The notes under the pieces are model-generated. The model worked only from the letters and a program-made list of their open reading frames with translations, was not told the DNA's origin and did no database searches. This document shows, in pieces, positions 7,757 to 16,856 of a stretch of DNA of 49,188 nt. The DNA comes from Bacteroidales bacterium. Lineage in GTDB: Bacteria; Bacteroidota; Bacteroidia; Bacteroidales; WCHB1-69. The stretch is from assembly GCA_012522535.1 (NCBI GenBank), contig JAAYKF010000038.1, positions 1-49,188 of the forward strand, read 5' to 3'. The stretch's first letter is position 1. Every line of letters begins with the position of its first letter. Position numbers and translations under genes: made by a program.

Positions 7757-10084
7757 ATGAAATATAAATTTTCCAATGTTGAGCAGGCATTTATAGACGA
7801 ATCTGGTATAGATTTGTTTAGCACAAAAATTCCCTACATTATCGTAAACAACTTTCCTAAGCTCGGACTTCTAAATTCTATGAATTTTTTGGAGTGGGTT
7901 TTAGAAAACCCCGAAGGCGTTATAAGTCTGCCCACGGGTAAAACTCCTGAATATTTCATCAAGTGGACCAATCTGTTTTTGGACAATTGGGGTGATAAAA
8001 AGACCATGAAAATATTAGATCGCTATCATTTGGACACCAGTCGAAAACCCGATTTATCAGGCTTGCAGTTTGTGCAAATTGATGAGTTTTATCCCATCAG
8101 TTCGGCACAGCACAACAGTTTTTATCACTATGTGATGGAGATGTATATTGGTGGTTTTGGCTTCGATACCAAGCGTGCATTGTTGATGAATTCCGATACA
8201 ATTCCGCTTCCTAACGGAAAGCATTTCACAGAGGTTTTTCCCGATTTAGATGTTGACTTGTCATTGCGTCATCGCAGTTGTAATAGCCGTTTGGAGTGTT
8301 TGCAACGTGATGCGATTTTTATGATTGACGAGTGGTGTAGTAAGTTTGAAGACGCCATCCGCGAGAAAGGTGGTATAGGTTACTTCTTGGGCGGAATAGG
8401 ACCTGACGGACATATTGCATTCAATATGCGTGGTGCTGATGAATTTTCCACCACCAGACTTACAAGTACAAACTTCGAAACGCAAGCTGTTGCAGCAGGC
8501 GACTTGGGTGGAATTGAAGTTTCGAGAAAGAGAAAAATTATCACAATAGGCTTGCAAACAATTACTTACAATCCTGATGCTGTGGCCATTATTATGGCAG
8601 CAGGCGAGGCAAAAGCACAAATTGTAAAAGAGTCGTTGGAGACTGAACAGACAAATTTCTACCCAGCAAGCGTGTTGGCAAAATTGCCAAATAGCCGTTT
8701 CTATCTCACCGAAGGTGCTGCCATGAGGCTACACGATTCATTACAAAAATACTATTTCGATAGTGAATGGGATATTAAAAAAACAGAGAAATCGGTGGTG
8801 GAATTTTGTGAAGGTATAAACAAATATGGGAATAAAATTTCGGTTGATGAGCTTAGGCAAGACCCCTATTGTAGGCATATCCCGAATTTGGATAAAAATA
8901 CAATTCCATCAATAATGAGTCGTGTGAATGAGAAAATTGAACGTGGAATGAAGATGGAAAAAGACCAAGTTTTCTTGCACACTGGACCGCATCACGACGA
9001 TATTATGCTGGGCATTTTTCCCTATATTTCGCAACATTTAAGTGAGCCAAGTAACAAATTTCATTTTTCGGTTCTAACCTCTGGTTTCAATGCCGTAACC
9101 AATAAATTTGTTATAAATCTTTTGGAAGAGACCAAAAATTTCATCGCAATTGATAAAATCCAAATGATAAAGTATTCCAACTTTTTTGATGAAGGATATA
9201 AGTTGAAACGGGACAAAGATGTGTATCACTACATTAGAAGTATTGTGGCTAAAAACGACACGGAAGTTCTGCGTGGAACTTGCCATAGACTTGTTAGGTC
9301 GTTGATTGAAGTTTATGAAATTACCAATAGCAAGGAGCTTCTCAACACCATAGATTCTGTCATCGAACTGCTGAAAAATAGTTTCGATGGAGAGAAAAAT
9401 CCACCTCAAATTCAAAAACTCAAAGGTATGATTCGCGAGTTTGAAGAGGATTTGGTTTGGGCACATTTTGGAATACCCGGAACCAATGTGGAACACCTCC
9501 GACTGGGTTTCTACAAAGGTGATATCTTCACCGAACAACCAGAGAAAAAGCGTGATGTGTTGCCAATTTTAGAGCAGTTCAAACGAATAAACCCCAATGT
9601 TATAAGCTTAGCCTTCGACCCTGAAGGTAGTGGTCCAGATACGCACTACAAGGTGCTTCAGGCAATAGCCGAGGGGCTGAGAATGTGGAGCGAAGAAAAA
9701 GATTTGTCGGATATCAGAATTTGGGGCTACAGAAATGTTTGGTACCGCTTTGATATCGAAGAGGCAAATATAATTATTCCTGTTTCGCTGAACGAAATCA
9801 CTTCAATGGATCAGATTTTCTCAAATTCGTACGCCAGTCAGGTAGATGCATCCTTCCCAAGCTACGAAATGGATGGGAAATTTAGCTACCTTTCGCAAAA
9901 AATTTGGGATGAACAGATGGTTTCAGTGCAATATTTGTTAGGAAAAGATTACTTTTACCAAAATGAAAATCCAAAATTAAGGTCTTGCCACGGGCTAATT
10001 TTCTTAAAAGAGATGACAGTGGAAGAGTTCTTGACACATGCAAGGTCCTTAGAGAAATCCACCGAAGGACAAATAGAAGATTAA
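7757..10084 (+). CDS. nagB: long-form glucosamine-6-phosphate deaminase-like protein fused to an LmbE/PIG-L-like deacetylase-fold domain
   Basis: The N-terminal ~300 aa carries NagB/6-phosphogluconolactonase-fold motifs (LPTGKTP, QIDEFY, GGIGPDGHIAFN). The C-terminal part carries HTGPHHDDIMLG, resembling the (A/P)HPDD zinc motif of LmbE/PIG-L. Confidence 0.7.
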   Translation: MKYKFSNVEQAFIDESGIDLFSTKIPYIIVNNFPKLGLLNSMNFLEWVLENPEGVISLPTGKTPEYFIKWTNLFLDNWGDKKTMKILDRYHLDTSRKPDLSGLQFVQIDEFYPISSAQHNSFYHYVMEMYIGGFGFDTKRALLMNSDTIPLPNGKHFTEVFPDLDVDLSLRHRSCNSRLECLQRDAIFMIDEWCSKFEDAIREKGGIGYFLGGIGPDGHIAFNMRGADEFSTTRLTSTNFETQAVAAGDLGGIEVSRKRKIITIGLQTITYNPDAVAIIMAAGEAKAQIVKESLETEQTNFYPASVLAKLPNSRFYLTEGAAMRLHDSLQKYYFDSEWDIKKTEKSVVEFCEGINKYGNKISVDELRQDPYCRHIPNLDKNTIPSIMSRVNEKIERGMKMEKDQVFLHTGPHHDDIMLGIFPYISQHLSEPSNKFHFSVLTSGFNAVTNKFVINLLEETKNFIAIDKIQMIKYSNFFDEGYKLKRDKDVYHYIRSIVAKNDTEVLRGTCHRLVRSLIEVYEITNSKELLNTIDSVIELLKNSFDGEKNPPQIQKLKGMIREFEEDLVWAHFGIPGTNVEHLRLGFYKGDIFTEQPEKKRDVLPILEQFKRINPNVISLAFDPEGSGPDTHYKVLQAIAEGLRMWSEEKDLSDIRIWGYRNVWYRFDIEEANIIIPVSLNEITSMDQIFSNSYASQVDASFPSYEMDGKFSYLSQKIWDEQMVSVQYLLGKDYFYQNENPKLRSCHGLIFLKEMTVEEFLTHARSLEKSTEGQIED

Positions 10085-10094
10085 TATAAAAACT

Positions 10095-10943
10095 ATGGAA
10101 AATAAAACAATTATTGGAGTTGACATAGGCGGAACAAATATCAATTTTGGGAAAATCCGCAATGGCGAAATCGTGGAGCGAAAAGCAGTAGCAACCAATG
10201 CACAATGCTCTGAAAAAGAGATAATTGATGATATTATTTCAGGAATAGAAGCTCTTTTTGACGAAAACATAGTGGGAATTGGCTTAGGCTCTCCCGGACT
10301 GATTGATGGCGAAAAAGGAATAGTATTTGACGTTTCAAATATTCCAGCGTGGAAAGAGGTGCATCTGGCAGAAGCCATAGAAAATCGCTTTAAAGTTACC
10401 ACAAGAGTCTCCAACGATGCGAATTGTTTTGTCATGGGAGAGAAGATTTTTGGCAAAGGGAAAAGTTACAAAAATATAGTTGGTGTAACCCTTGGAACGG
10501 GCGTTGGTGGCGGAATTGTAATTGATGACAAATTGTATAACGGAAAATTTATGGCTGGAGAATTTAGCGTTATGCCATATAGAGACCAAAATTTCGATTT
10601 CTATTGCGGAAGCAGATTTTTCCAAGAGATACATGGATTTTCAGGACTTGAAATTGCCCAAAAGGCACAAAATGGTGATATAGATGCTTTGAAGATATTT
10701 GAAGAGTATGGAGAAATTTTGTCAGACTTGTTCAAAACTATTATTTTGGTGTTAAATCCAGAAGCTATAATAATTGGAGGCTCCATCGCAAAATCGTATA
10801 AGTTTTTTGAGAAATCACTGAAAGATAATCTTCAAAAATTTTCTCTAAAAAGAGTTATAGAGCATACAAAAATTGAAATTTCCACTTTGGAAGATGTAGC
10901 TGTTATAGGTGCAGCAGCCTTGGTTCACGACCAATTAGCTTAA
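10095..10943 (+). CDS. ROK family sugar kinase (glucokinase / N-acetylglucosamine kinase-like)
   Basis: IGVDIGGTNINFG ATP motif and LGTGVGGGIV. It starts 10 nt after the nagB-like stop. The CxCGxxGC zinc motif is not evident. Confidence 0.75.
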   Translation: MENKTIIGVDIGGTNINFGKIRNGEIVERKAVATNAQCSEKEIIDDIISGIEALFDENIVGIGLGSPGLIDGEKGIVFDVSNIPAWKEVHLAEAIENRFKVTTRVSNDANCFVMGEKIFGKGKSYKNIVGVTLGTGVGGGIVIDDKLYNGKFMAGEFSVMPYRDQNFDFYCGSRFFQEIHGFSGLEIAQKAQNGDIDALKIFEEYGEILSDLFKTIILVLNPEAIIIGGSIAKSYKFFEKSLKDNLQKFSLKRVIEHTKIEISTLEDVAVIGAAALVHDQLA

Positions 10944-10977
10944 TTGAACTTAAGTTTAAAGATATATCGAACATAAG

Positions 10978-11003
10978 CTACAATGTCTTCCCGACCTTGT
11001 AGG
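10978..11003 (-). repeat. solitary, degenerate copy of the CCTACAAGGTC...GACCTTGYAGG REP-like hairpin
   Basis: The reverse complement reads CCTACAAGGTCGGGAAGACATTGTAG, compared with CCTACAAGGTCGGTAAGACCTTGCAGG at 24973-24999. It lies between the convergent ROK and DUF2225-like genes. Confidence 0.6.
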
Positions 11004-11048
11004 TTTAAAACGAAAGGAATAAACTTCTATTATATTTTACAATCGGTA

Positions 11049-11807
11049 TTATTTATTTTTCATTCTTTCAACCTTTTGTTTTCTGAGGTGTGCCGAAAAC
11101 TGACCCAAAATATGGGTTAAAAACCTCTCTTTCGAAGCTGGATTTTCATCAATACTACTATTACCAGCATAATTCCGTAAATTAGCTTCGCGGATATATT
11201 TATATGCCGAATCGGCTTCGTCAAGCTGATTGTACATTGCACCCATTATAAACATAAATTCCTTTTCTCTGCCCTCGCCATAAAACCTATTGTGGAGTAG
11301 CTCTATGGCTATGTTTAAAGCCTTTTGATAGTACTCCCTTGCATCAAATTCATAGCCCTCTTTCATAAAATGAAAACCACAAATTCGGTAAAACATACAC
11401 CAAAATTCTTGGTCTTTGTTGAGCTCTTTATAGGTCAATTCAGCCATCATTAGACGCTCAGTTATATTTATTTGACTGTAATTTCTGTATTTACCAACAC
11501 CATAACCAGCATAATTTATCTTTTTAAGTTTTTCAACCACAACGGAGTCCATTTTTATAAAGTCTTCCATCAAGACAGAAAATCTACAATTTTTACAAGA
11601 AAAAACAGACCTATAATCATTATAAGGAAATATAACATATTGATAATGAGACTCTTTACCAAAGGCAGCATTTACAGTAGAAGGAAAAAACAATTTGTTG
11701 TTTTGCTCACAAACAGGACAAGAAATTTTGTGTTTCTTCCAATCAGCTTGCGAAAAAAGCGTGCATGAAATAAACAGAAAAACAGCAAATAGTAAATTTT
11801 TTGTCAT
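11049..11807 (-). CDS. DUF2225-like protein (split zinc ribbon + helical/TPR-like C-terminal part) with N-terminal signal peptide
   Basis: Signal-like MTKNLLFAVFLFISCTLFSQ. CPVC..(35 aa)..CKNCRF zinc-ribbon pairs, followed by a helical repeat-like region. Confidence 0.4.
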   Translation of the reverse strand: MTKNLLFAVFLFISCTLFSQADWKKHKISCPVCEQNNKLFFPSTVNAAFGKESHYQYVIFPYNDYRSVFSCKNCRFSVLMEDFIKMDSVVVEKLKKINYAGYGVGKYRNYSQINITERLMMAELTYKELNKDQEFWCMFYRICGFHFMKEGYEFDAREYYQKALNIAIELLHNRFYGEGREKEFMFIMGAMYNQLDEADSAYKYIREANLRNYAGNSSIDENPASKERFLTHILGQFSAHLRKQKVERMKNK

Positions 11808-11997
11808 TCGATTTTCTTTGAAATTACTTATACGTCATTGTGTGTCAAATAGTTACAGAAATGCAGTTTTAGGGCTACTTATCTAGCGAAATTCAGGAAA
11901 ACTACCGATTGGAAAAATATTATAGTACAATTCTTTACGATAGATACCAGGACTCAATTGGACTATATATTTAAACCATCGGCATTTACCATTGTAA

Positions 11998-12029
11998 AAT
12001 AATAAAATAGTCCAAACTATTTTATTATT
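11998..12029. repeat. perfect 14-bp inverted repeat with 4-nt loop in a divergent intergenic region
   Basis: AATAATAAAATAGT (11998-12011), loop CCAA, ACTATTTTATTATT (12016-12029). Imperfect extension CCATTGTA / ACAATTGG. Confidence 0.75.
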
Positions 12030-12115
12030 ACAATTGGTATAAATTCATTAAACCAAAAATCTTATGTAAATTTACACATTGAAAAATTGGAATTTTAACC
12101 TATTACCAAACTAAT

Positions 12116-12817
12116 ATGTCATATATACTAAATATTGAGACTTCGGCTGAGACTTGTTCGGTGGCACTTTCTGAAAATGGCAAATTAATAAAACTTATTG
12201 AAAGTCAGGAGCTTAACTCGCATAGCAAAGAGTTGAATTTATTTATTGAAGAGATTTTGAAAACTTCAAATATTTCGTACAAAGACTTAAAAGCACTTGC
12301 AGTTAGCTATGGTCCAGGCTCATACACTGGTTTAAGAATTGGAATGTCAACAGCTAAGGCAATTTGCTATGCCCACGATATTCCTCTGATTTGTTTGTCG
12401 AGCTTGCAAATATTGGCAAATGCATTGAAAGAGCAAATTGATTTTGAAACTGACAATTTGGCGATTCTACCTCTTTTAGATGCTCGAAGAATGGAAGTTT
12501 ATGTTGCCACTTTCGACATAAATTTAAACTTTAATAGCCAAGCCGAAGCCATGATAGTTGATGAGAAGACGTTTGATATTTATAAAGATTATTCTAAAGT
12601 TGTAATAGGGGGTTCAGGGGCTGAAAAATGTTTGCAATTTGTAGAAAATGACGATAGATTTGTCTTTTATGACGTAAAATTATCATCAAAATATATGCCT
12701 AAACTTGCTGAATATGAGTTCCAAAACAAGAATTTTGCCGATCTTGCATATTCGGAGCCATTTTATTTAAAAGAGTATAAGGCAATTGTTTCAAAAGTGA
12801 AAGGTTTGCATGATTAA
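12116..12817 (+). CDS. tsaB: tRNA threonylcarbamoyladenosine biosynthesis protein TsaB
   Basis: ILNIETSAETCSVAL and GPGSYTGLRIG motifs of YeaZ/TsaB; 233 aa. Confidence 0.85.
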   Translation: MSYILNIETSAETCSVALSENGKLIKLIESQELNSHSKELNLFIEEILKTSNISYKDLKALAVSYGPGSYTGLRIGMSTAKAICYAHDIPLICLSSLQILANALKEQIDFETDNLAILPLLDARRMEVYVATFDINLNFNSQAEAMIVDEKTFDIYKDYSKVVIGGSGAEKCLQFVENDDRFVFYDVKLSSKYMPKLAEYEFQNKNFADLAYSEPFYLKEYKAIVSKVKGLHD

Positions 12818-13631
12818 TTTTGAAAGAAAAAAGAATGTAAATATTGTAGCTCTGGTGGATAATACCCAGTTTGGAATTGCTGCAGCAGAGCATGGTCTGG
12901 CTTTGGCAGGTGTTTTTGAGGCAAGTTTAATATTGGTGAGAACAAAGCTATTGGAGAATATGGACGAAATTAAAAATCATCTAATTTCCATAAATCCAGA
13001 TATTGAAATTAAGGAGCAAACTTTTAAAAAAATAGGGGATAAGAGTTTCATAAAATTTATCAACGAAAGCGAAACTGCGGCTTTGGTTTTGGCAGCGTCA
13101 AAAATAAAAAATGAATATGTTTTTTGGCATAAAAAAGTTTTGAAATTAATACTCAAATTGCGTGTCCCCAGTTTAGTTTGTGGCAGAAAAGGGGGAGTGC
13201 AAACCGATTATAAAAACATTTTTTTGCCTATAGACTCACATCAACAAACCAAAGAAAAAGTGCTTTGGGCTGGATATTTTTATAGATTTTATAAATCCAA
13301 TATAAAGGTTTTGACCTATAATTATAGCGATGAATATTTAAGAAATAGAATAAAACATAATTTCAATTTTCTAATTAGATTATACTCAAATTTGGAAGTT
13401 GAATATATTCACGAAACTTTGGATTTTGACAAAGAGTTTTCCATAGATGAAAAAGCCATACAACTTGCACACGACAATAATGCAGGCTTAATATTGATTA
13501 TGACAACCAAATATAAAAACTTATTCGATTATATTTATGGCGTTCCCGAATTGGAGATTTTAGCCAATGACCAAAATTTGCCCATTCTCTGTTTGAACCG
13601 CCGAGATGATTTATATGTTTTGTGTACATAA
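12810..13631 (+). CDS. tandem universal-stress-protein-like (adenine nucleotide alpha-hydrolase fold) protein
   Basis: Two USP-like halves (NIVALVDNT.., IFLPIDSH..). The C-terminal AGLILIMTTKYKNLFDYIYGVPELEILANDQNLPILCLN resembles the USP C-terminal strand-loop pattern. Weak assignment. 8-nt overlap with tsaB. Confidence 0.4.
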   Translation: MINFERKKNVNIVALVDNTQFGIAAAEHGLALAGVFEASLILVRTKLLENMDEIKNHLISINPDIEIKEQTFKKIGDKSFIKFINESETAALVLAASKIKNEYVFWHKKVLKLILKLRVPSLVCGRKGGVQTDYKNIFLPIDSHQQTKEKVLWAGYFYRFYKSNIKVLTYNYSDEYLRNRIKHNFNFLIRLYSNLEVEYIHETLDFDKEFSIDEKAIQLAHDNNAGLILIMTTKYKNLFDYIYGVPELEILANDQNLPILCLNRRDDLYVLCT

Positions 13632-13682
13632 ATAATTGTTCCAATAAGACTTCATTACCATTATTTCCATTAAATTTGCAGT

Positions 13683-15335
13683 ATGAAAGCTTTATCAAAA
13701 ATCTTTTTGCTTTTCGTGGCTTTTTTTGTGGCTTCGTGTGCTCAAATTTTAGCCCCAACTGGTGGCGAAAGAGATGTTACACCTCCCAAACTTTTGACTT
13801 CGGTGCCAGAAAACGAAACTCTGAAGTTCAAGGAGAAAGCTTTCACCCTACAGTTTGATGAATATTTTAGTTTGGACAATCCCAACGATAATGTGCTTAT
13901 TTCGCCACCACTAAAATCCAAACCAGAGTTTAAAATCAAAGGTAAAAAGCTTATAGTTGAAATTGAAGATAACCTAAAGTCAAATACAACTTATTCAATT
14001 ATATTTTCCGATTGCATTCGTGATATAACCGAAGGAAACAAAATTCCTATGTTGCAATATGTTTTTTCCACTGGGGAAAATTTAGATTCGGCAATGTATA
14101 AAGGGAAATTGATAAATGCCGAAAATTTAGAGCCAGAGAAAAATGCCTTTGTGATGCTTTATGCCGATGGCAACGACACCTTGCCAAGCACTCAAAAACC
14201 TCTTTATGTTACAAAAACCAACGACAAGGGTGAGTTTAATTTTAAATATTTAGCAAAATCATCATACTACTTATATGCTCTGCAAGACAAAAATAATAAT
14301 CTTCTTTTTGATATGATTAATGAGCCATTTGCTTTCGCTAATGAAAAAATAGAGGTCTTTTTTGAAGATGAATTAGAAGATTTTAAACCTAAAACATATC
14401 GAATGTTTGTGCATGCCGATACAGTTCAATCATTGGTTAGATCATATGCACCTGCAAAGGGGGAGCACATTCTGATTTTTAAAAATCCACTTGAAAATCC
14501 AAAGTTTGAGTTTTTTGAAGACCCAAAAACCATTGAAAGATTTAGTGTTGAATTAAATGCCACTGCCGATACAGTACATTTTTATGACAAAAAAACCAGC
14601 ATCGACACTCTTATGCTGAAAATTGTGGATATGGATTTTGTAGATACTTTGAAGATTGTAACCCAACAAATGTCAGCCATGGGCAGAGGAATGAGGCGAG
14701 GGAGCAAAGAGACCAATTTGCTCAATCTTAGTTTTTCCAATCTTGGCGAATTGTACGAAAAGCCCAGTTTGTCCTCCGCAAGTCCCATTGGCAGAGTTGA
14801 TTTGGACGAGTTTATGCTTGTCAAGGAAAATGTAGATACTGTTTTTGTGAAATATAATTTTAAGGATAGCCTCAACAAAGTACTGATTTTAGATATAGAT
14901 TTAGAACCTAAAACAAATTATGAAATAATTATTCCTGATTCAGTTTTTTGGTCAGCTAGCAATGCCACCAACGATTCTATTATTACCAAATTTGTTAGCA
15001 AAGGCGAAAATGATTATGGAAGTTTTAAGGCTAAATTGGAATATACAAAAGGGGAAAGTGTAATTGTAAAGCTATTGGACGATAAGTCTAATGCTCAACA
15101 AATCAATAATATAAATTCATCAATAAGCATTGACTACCTCAATTTGAAAACTGGAACATATACCCTTGAATTTTTCATTGATAGTAATGGAAATAATAAA
15201 TGGGATACAGGAAACTTTAGAGAGCGAAAGCAGGCAGAATTGAAGTTTAGGTTTGATAAAAAGATTGAAATAAAGGGGGGTTGGGACATTGAGGAGGAAA
15301 TTGATGTTGACAAATTAATTATGGAGTTTGAATAG
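13683..15335 (+). CDS. Ig-like (SbsA/Big_5-type) domain lipoprotein
   Basis: Lipoprotein signal FFVASC. The APTGGERDVTPPKL... N-terminus is characteristic of Bacteroidetes Ig-like domain lipoproteins. Confidence 0.55.
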   Translation: MKALSKIFLLFVAFFVASCAQILAPTGGERDVTPPKLLTSVPENETLKFKEKAFTLQFDEYFSLDNPNDNVLISPPLKSKPEFKIKGKKLIVEIEDNLKSNTTYSIIFSDCIRDITEGNKIPMLQYVFSTGENLDSAMYKGKLINAENLEPEKNAFVMLYADGNDTLPSTQKPLYVTKTNDKGEFNFKYLAKSSYYLYALQDKNNNLLFDMINEPFAFANEKIEVFFEDELEDFKPKTYRMFVHADTVQSLVRSYAPAKGEHILIFKNPLENPKFEFFEDPKTIERFSVELNATADTVHFYDKKTSIDTLMLKIVDMDFVDTLKIVTQQMSAMGRGMRRGSKETNLLNLSFSNLGELYEKPSLSSASPIGRVDLDEFMLVKENVDTVFVKYNFKDSLNKVLILDIDLEPKTNYEIIIPDSVFWSASNATNDSIITKFVSKGENDYGSFKAKLEYTKGESVIVKLLDDKSNAQQINNINSSISIDYLNLKTGTYTLEFFIDSNGNNKWDTGNFRERKQAELKFRFDKKIEIKGGWDIEEEIDVDKLIMEFE

Positions 15336-15338
15336 GCT

Positions 15339-16451
15339 ATGAAAGAGAATAAAGAACATAAATCGGCACTGAATGTGCAAGAGGGAATTGCACAGCCACC
15401 ATCTTTAAATCCAGCTTTTAAGAAGCGTGCTCGTAAGCAGTTAAGTAAGCAAGAATATATTGATGGCATCCTCGCTGGCGACAGGGTAATTATGAGTATG
15501 GCAATAACGCTTATCGAAAGCTCACTGCCAGAGCATTACGCTTTGGCACAGGAGATAATTGATGCCTGTATGCCCTATTCTGGAAATTCAGTCCGATTGG
15601 GAATTACGGGTGTTCCGGGAGCAGGAAAGAGTACCTTTGTTGAGTCTTTCGGAAAATTGGTAACATCAAAAGGGCACAAACTAGCAGTTTTAGCCATTGA
15701 CCCCAGTAGCGAAAGAACTAAAGGAAGTATTTTGGGCGACAAAACCCGAATGGAAGCCCTATCGGTTGACCCCAATGCTTTTATCCGTCCTTCACCCTCG
15801 GCAGGTTCATTGGGCGGTGTAGCCCGAAAAACTCGCGAATCGATTATAATTTGCGAAGCCGCTGGTTTCGACTGGATAATAGTGGAAACTGTAGGTGTTG
15901 GTCAATCCGAAATTTCGGTACACTCAATGGTTGACTTCTTTTTGTTGCTCATGCTTGCAGGTGCTGGCGACGAGCTTCAGGGAATAAAAAGAGGAATTAT
16001 GGAAATGGCTGATTTGTTGGTCATAAACAAAGCTGATGGCGATAATGTGCAAAATGCCATAAGAGCAAAAAGTCAATATACATCTGCTATGAGGCTGTTT
16101 CCACCAACATCATCGGGCTGGAAGCCATATGCTGAAACCTGTTCGGCACTCTACCACGAGGGAATGGAAAATATTTGGGAAATCATAAATGAGTATGTAA
16201 AACTTACAAAAGATAACTCATACTTTGAAAATAACAGGAACAAGCAAATGGTTTATATTCTTGATGATTTCGTAAATAGATACATAAACCAATTGTTTTA
16301 TACGCCACAGCCTATGAAGTCGCTTTTGGAAGAGCTGCGAAAAGAACTTTTGGAAAATAAAATAAGTCCATACAAAGCTGGACAAATGCTGCTTGAAGCT
16401 TGGTTGTCCAATATTAAAGAAGAGAATATCAGTTTAAATTTTGAGGAGTAA
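15339..16451 (+). CDS. meaB: methylmalonyl-CoA mutase-associated GTPase MeaB (ArgK)
   Basis: GITGVPGAGKSTF P-loop, ..IVETVGVGQSE.., ..INKADG.. G-motifs typical of MeaB/ArgK. Confidence 0.85.
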   Translation: MKENKEHKSALNVQEGIAQPPSLNPAFKKRARKQLSKQEYIDGILAGDRVIMSMAITLIESSLPEHYALAQEIIDACMPYSGNSVRLGITGVPGAGKSTFVESFGKLVTSKGHKLAVLAIDPSSERTKGSILGDKTRMEALSVDPNAFIRPSPSAGSLGGVARKTRESIIICEAAGFDWIIVETVGVGQSEISVHSMVDFFLLLMLAGAGDELQGIKRGIMEMADLLVINKADGDNVQNAIRAKSQYTSAMRLFPPTSSGWKPYAETCSALYHEGMENIWEIINEYVKLTKDNSYFENNRNKQMVYILDDFVNRYINQLFYTPQPMKSLLEELRKELLENKISPYKAGQMLLEAWLSNIKEENISLNFEE

Positions 16452-16456
16452 ATAAT

Positions 16457-16852
16457 ATGATTAAGAATTATTCTAAATGGGAAATTTCGGCAGAAGAAGC
16501 TTTTAAGTTAGATAGTAAAACAACTCTGTTTATCGATTTGCGTGAAGATTACGAATTTCAGGATAAACATATGGATTTGACAAACTTATTCAACTTTCCA
16601 TTTTCAACATTTCACAAAGATTATAAAAGGATACCCTTGGATAAAACAATTGTTTTGGTTTCTATTATGAGTCAACATAGCGAGAAAGCTTTTGAGCTTT
16701 TGAACGTACATCAAAACAAGAAGGTTTTCATTCTTTCTGGCGGAATTATGTCGTGGGCTAGTGAAGGTCTTCCCATGGTTTCAAATCCAGATGAACTGCC
16801 TGAAGATATTTTCGGACCGCACGAATGTTCATCTTGCAAAGGATGCAAATAA
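16457..16852 (+). CDS. rhodanese-like domain protein lacking the active-site cysteine
   Basis: Rhodanese layout (..FIDLREDYEF.., ..LSGGIMSW..). The active-site loop reads VLVSIMSQHSEKA where CRSGxRS is expected. The C-terminal tail is HECSSCKGCK. Confidence 0.6.
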   Translation: MIKNYSKWEISAEEAFKLDSKTTLFIDLREDYEFQDKHMDLTNLFNFPFSTFHKDYKRIPLDKTIVLVSIMSQHSEKAFELLNVHQNKKVFILSGGIMSWASEGLPMVSNPDELPEDIFGPHECSSCKGCK

Positions 16853-16856
16853 AACC

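Noticed and set aside
12065-12076. Perfect 12-bp palindrome TGTAAATTTACA about 40 nt upstream of tsaB.
   Set aside because: By my rough estimate, about 20 such 12-bp palindromes are expected by chance in an AT-rich 49-kb window. There is no supporting context.
13671-13678. TAAATTTG (TAnnTTTG match) 4 nt before the ATG of the Ig-like lipoprotein gene.
   Set aside because: It is too close to the start codon of a clear signal peptide for a normal leader. The gene is more likely co-transcribed with tsaB and the USP-like gene. Not listed as a promoter.
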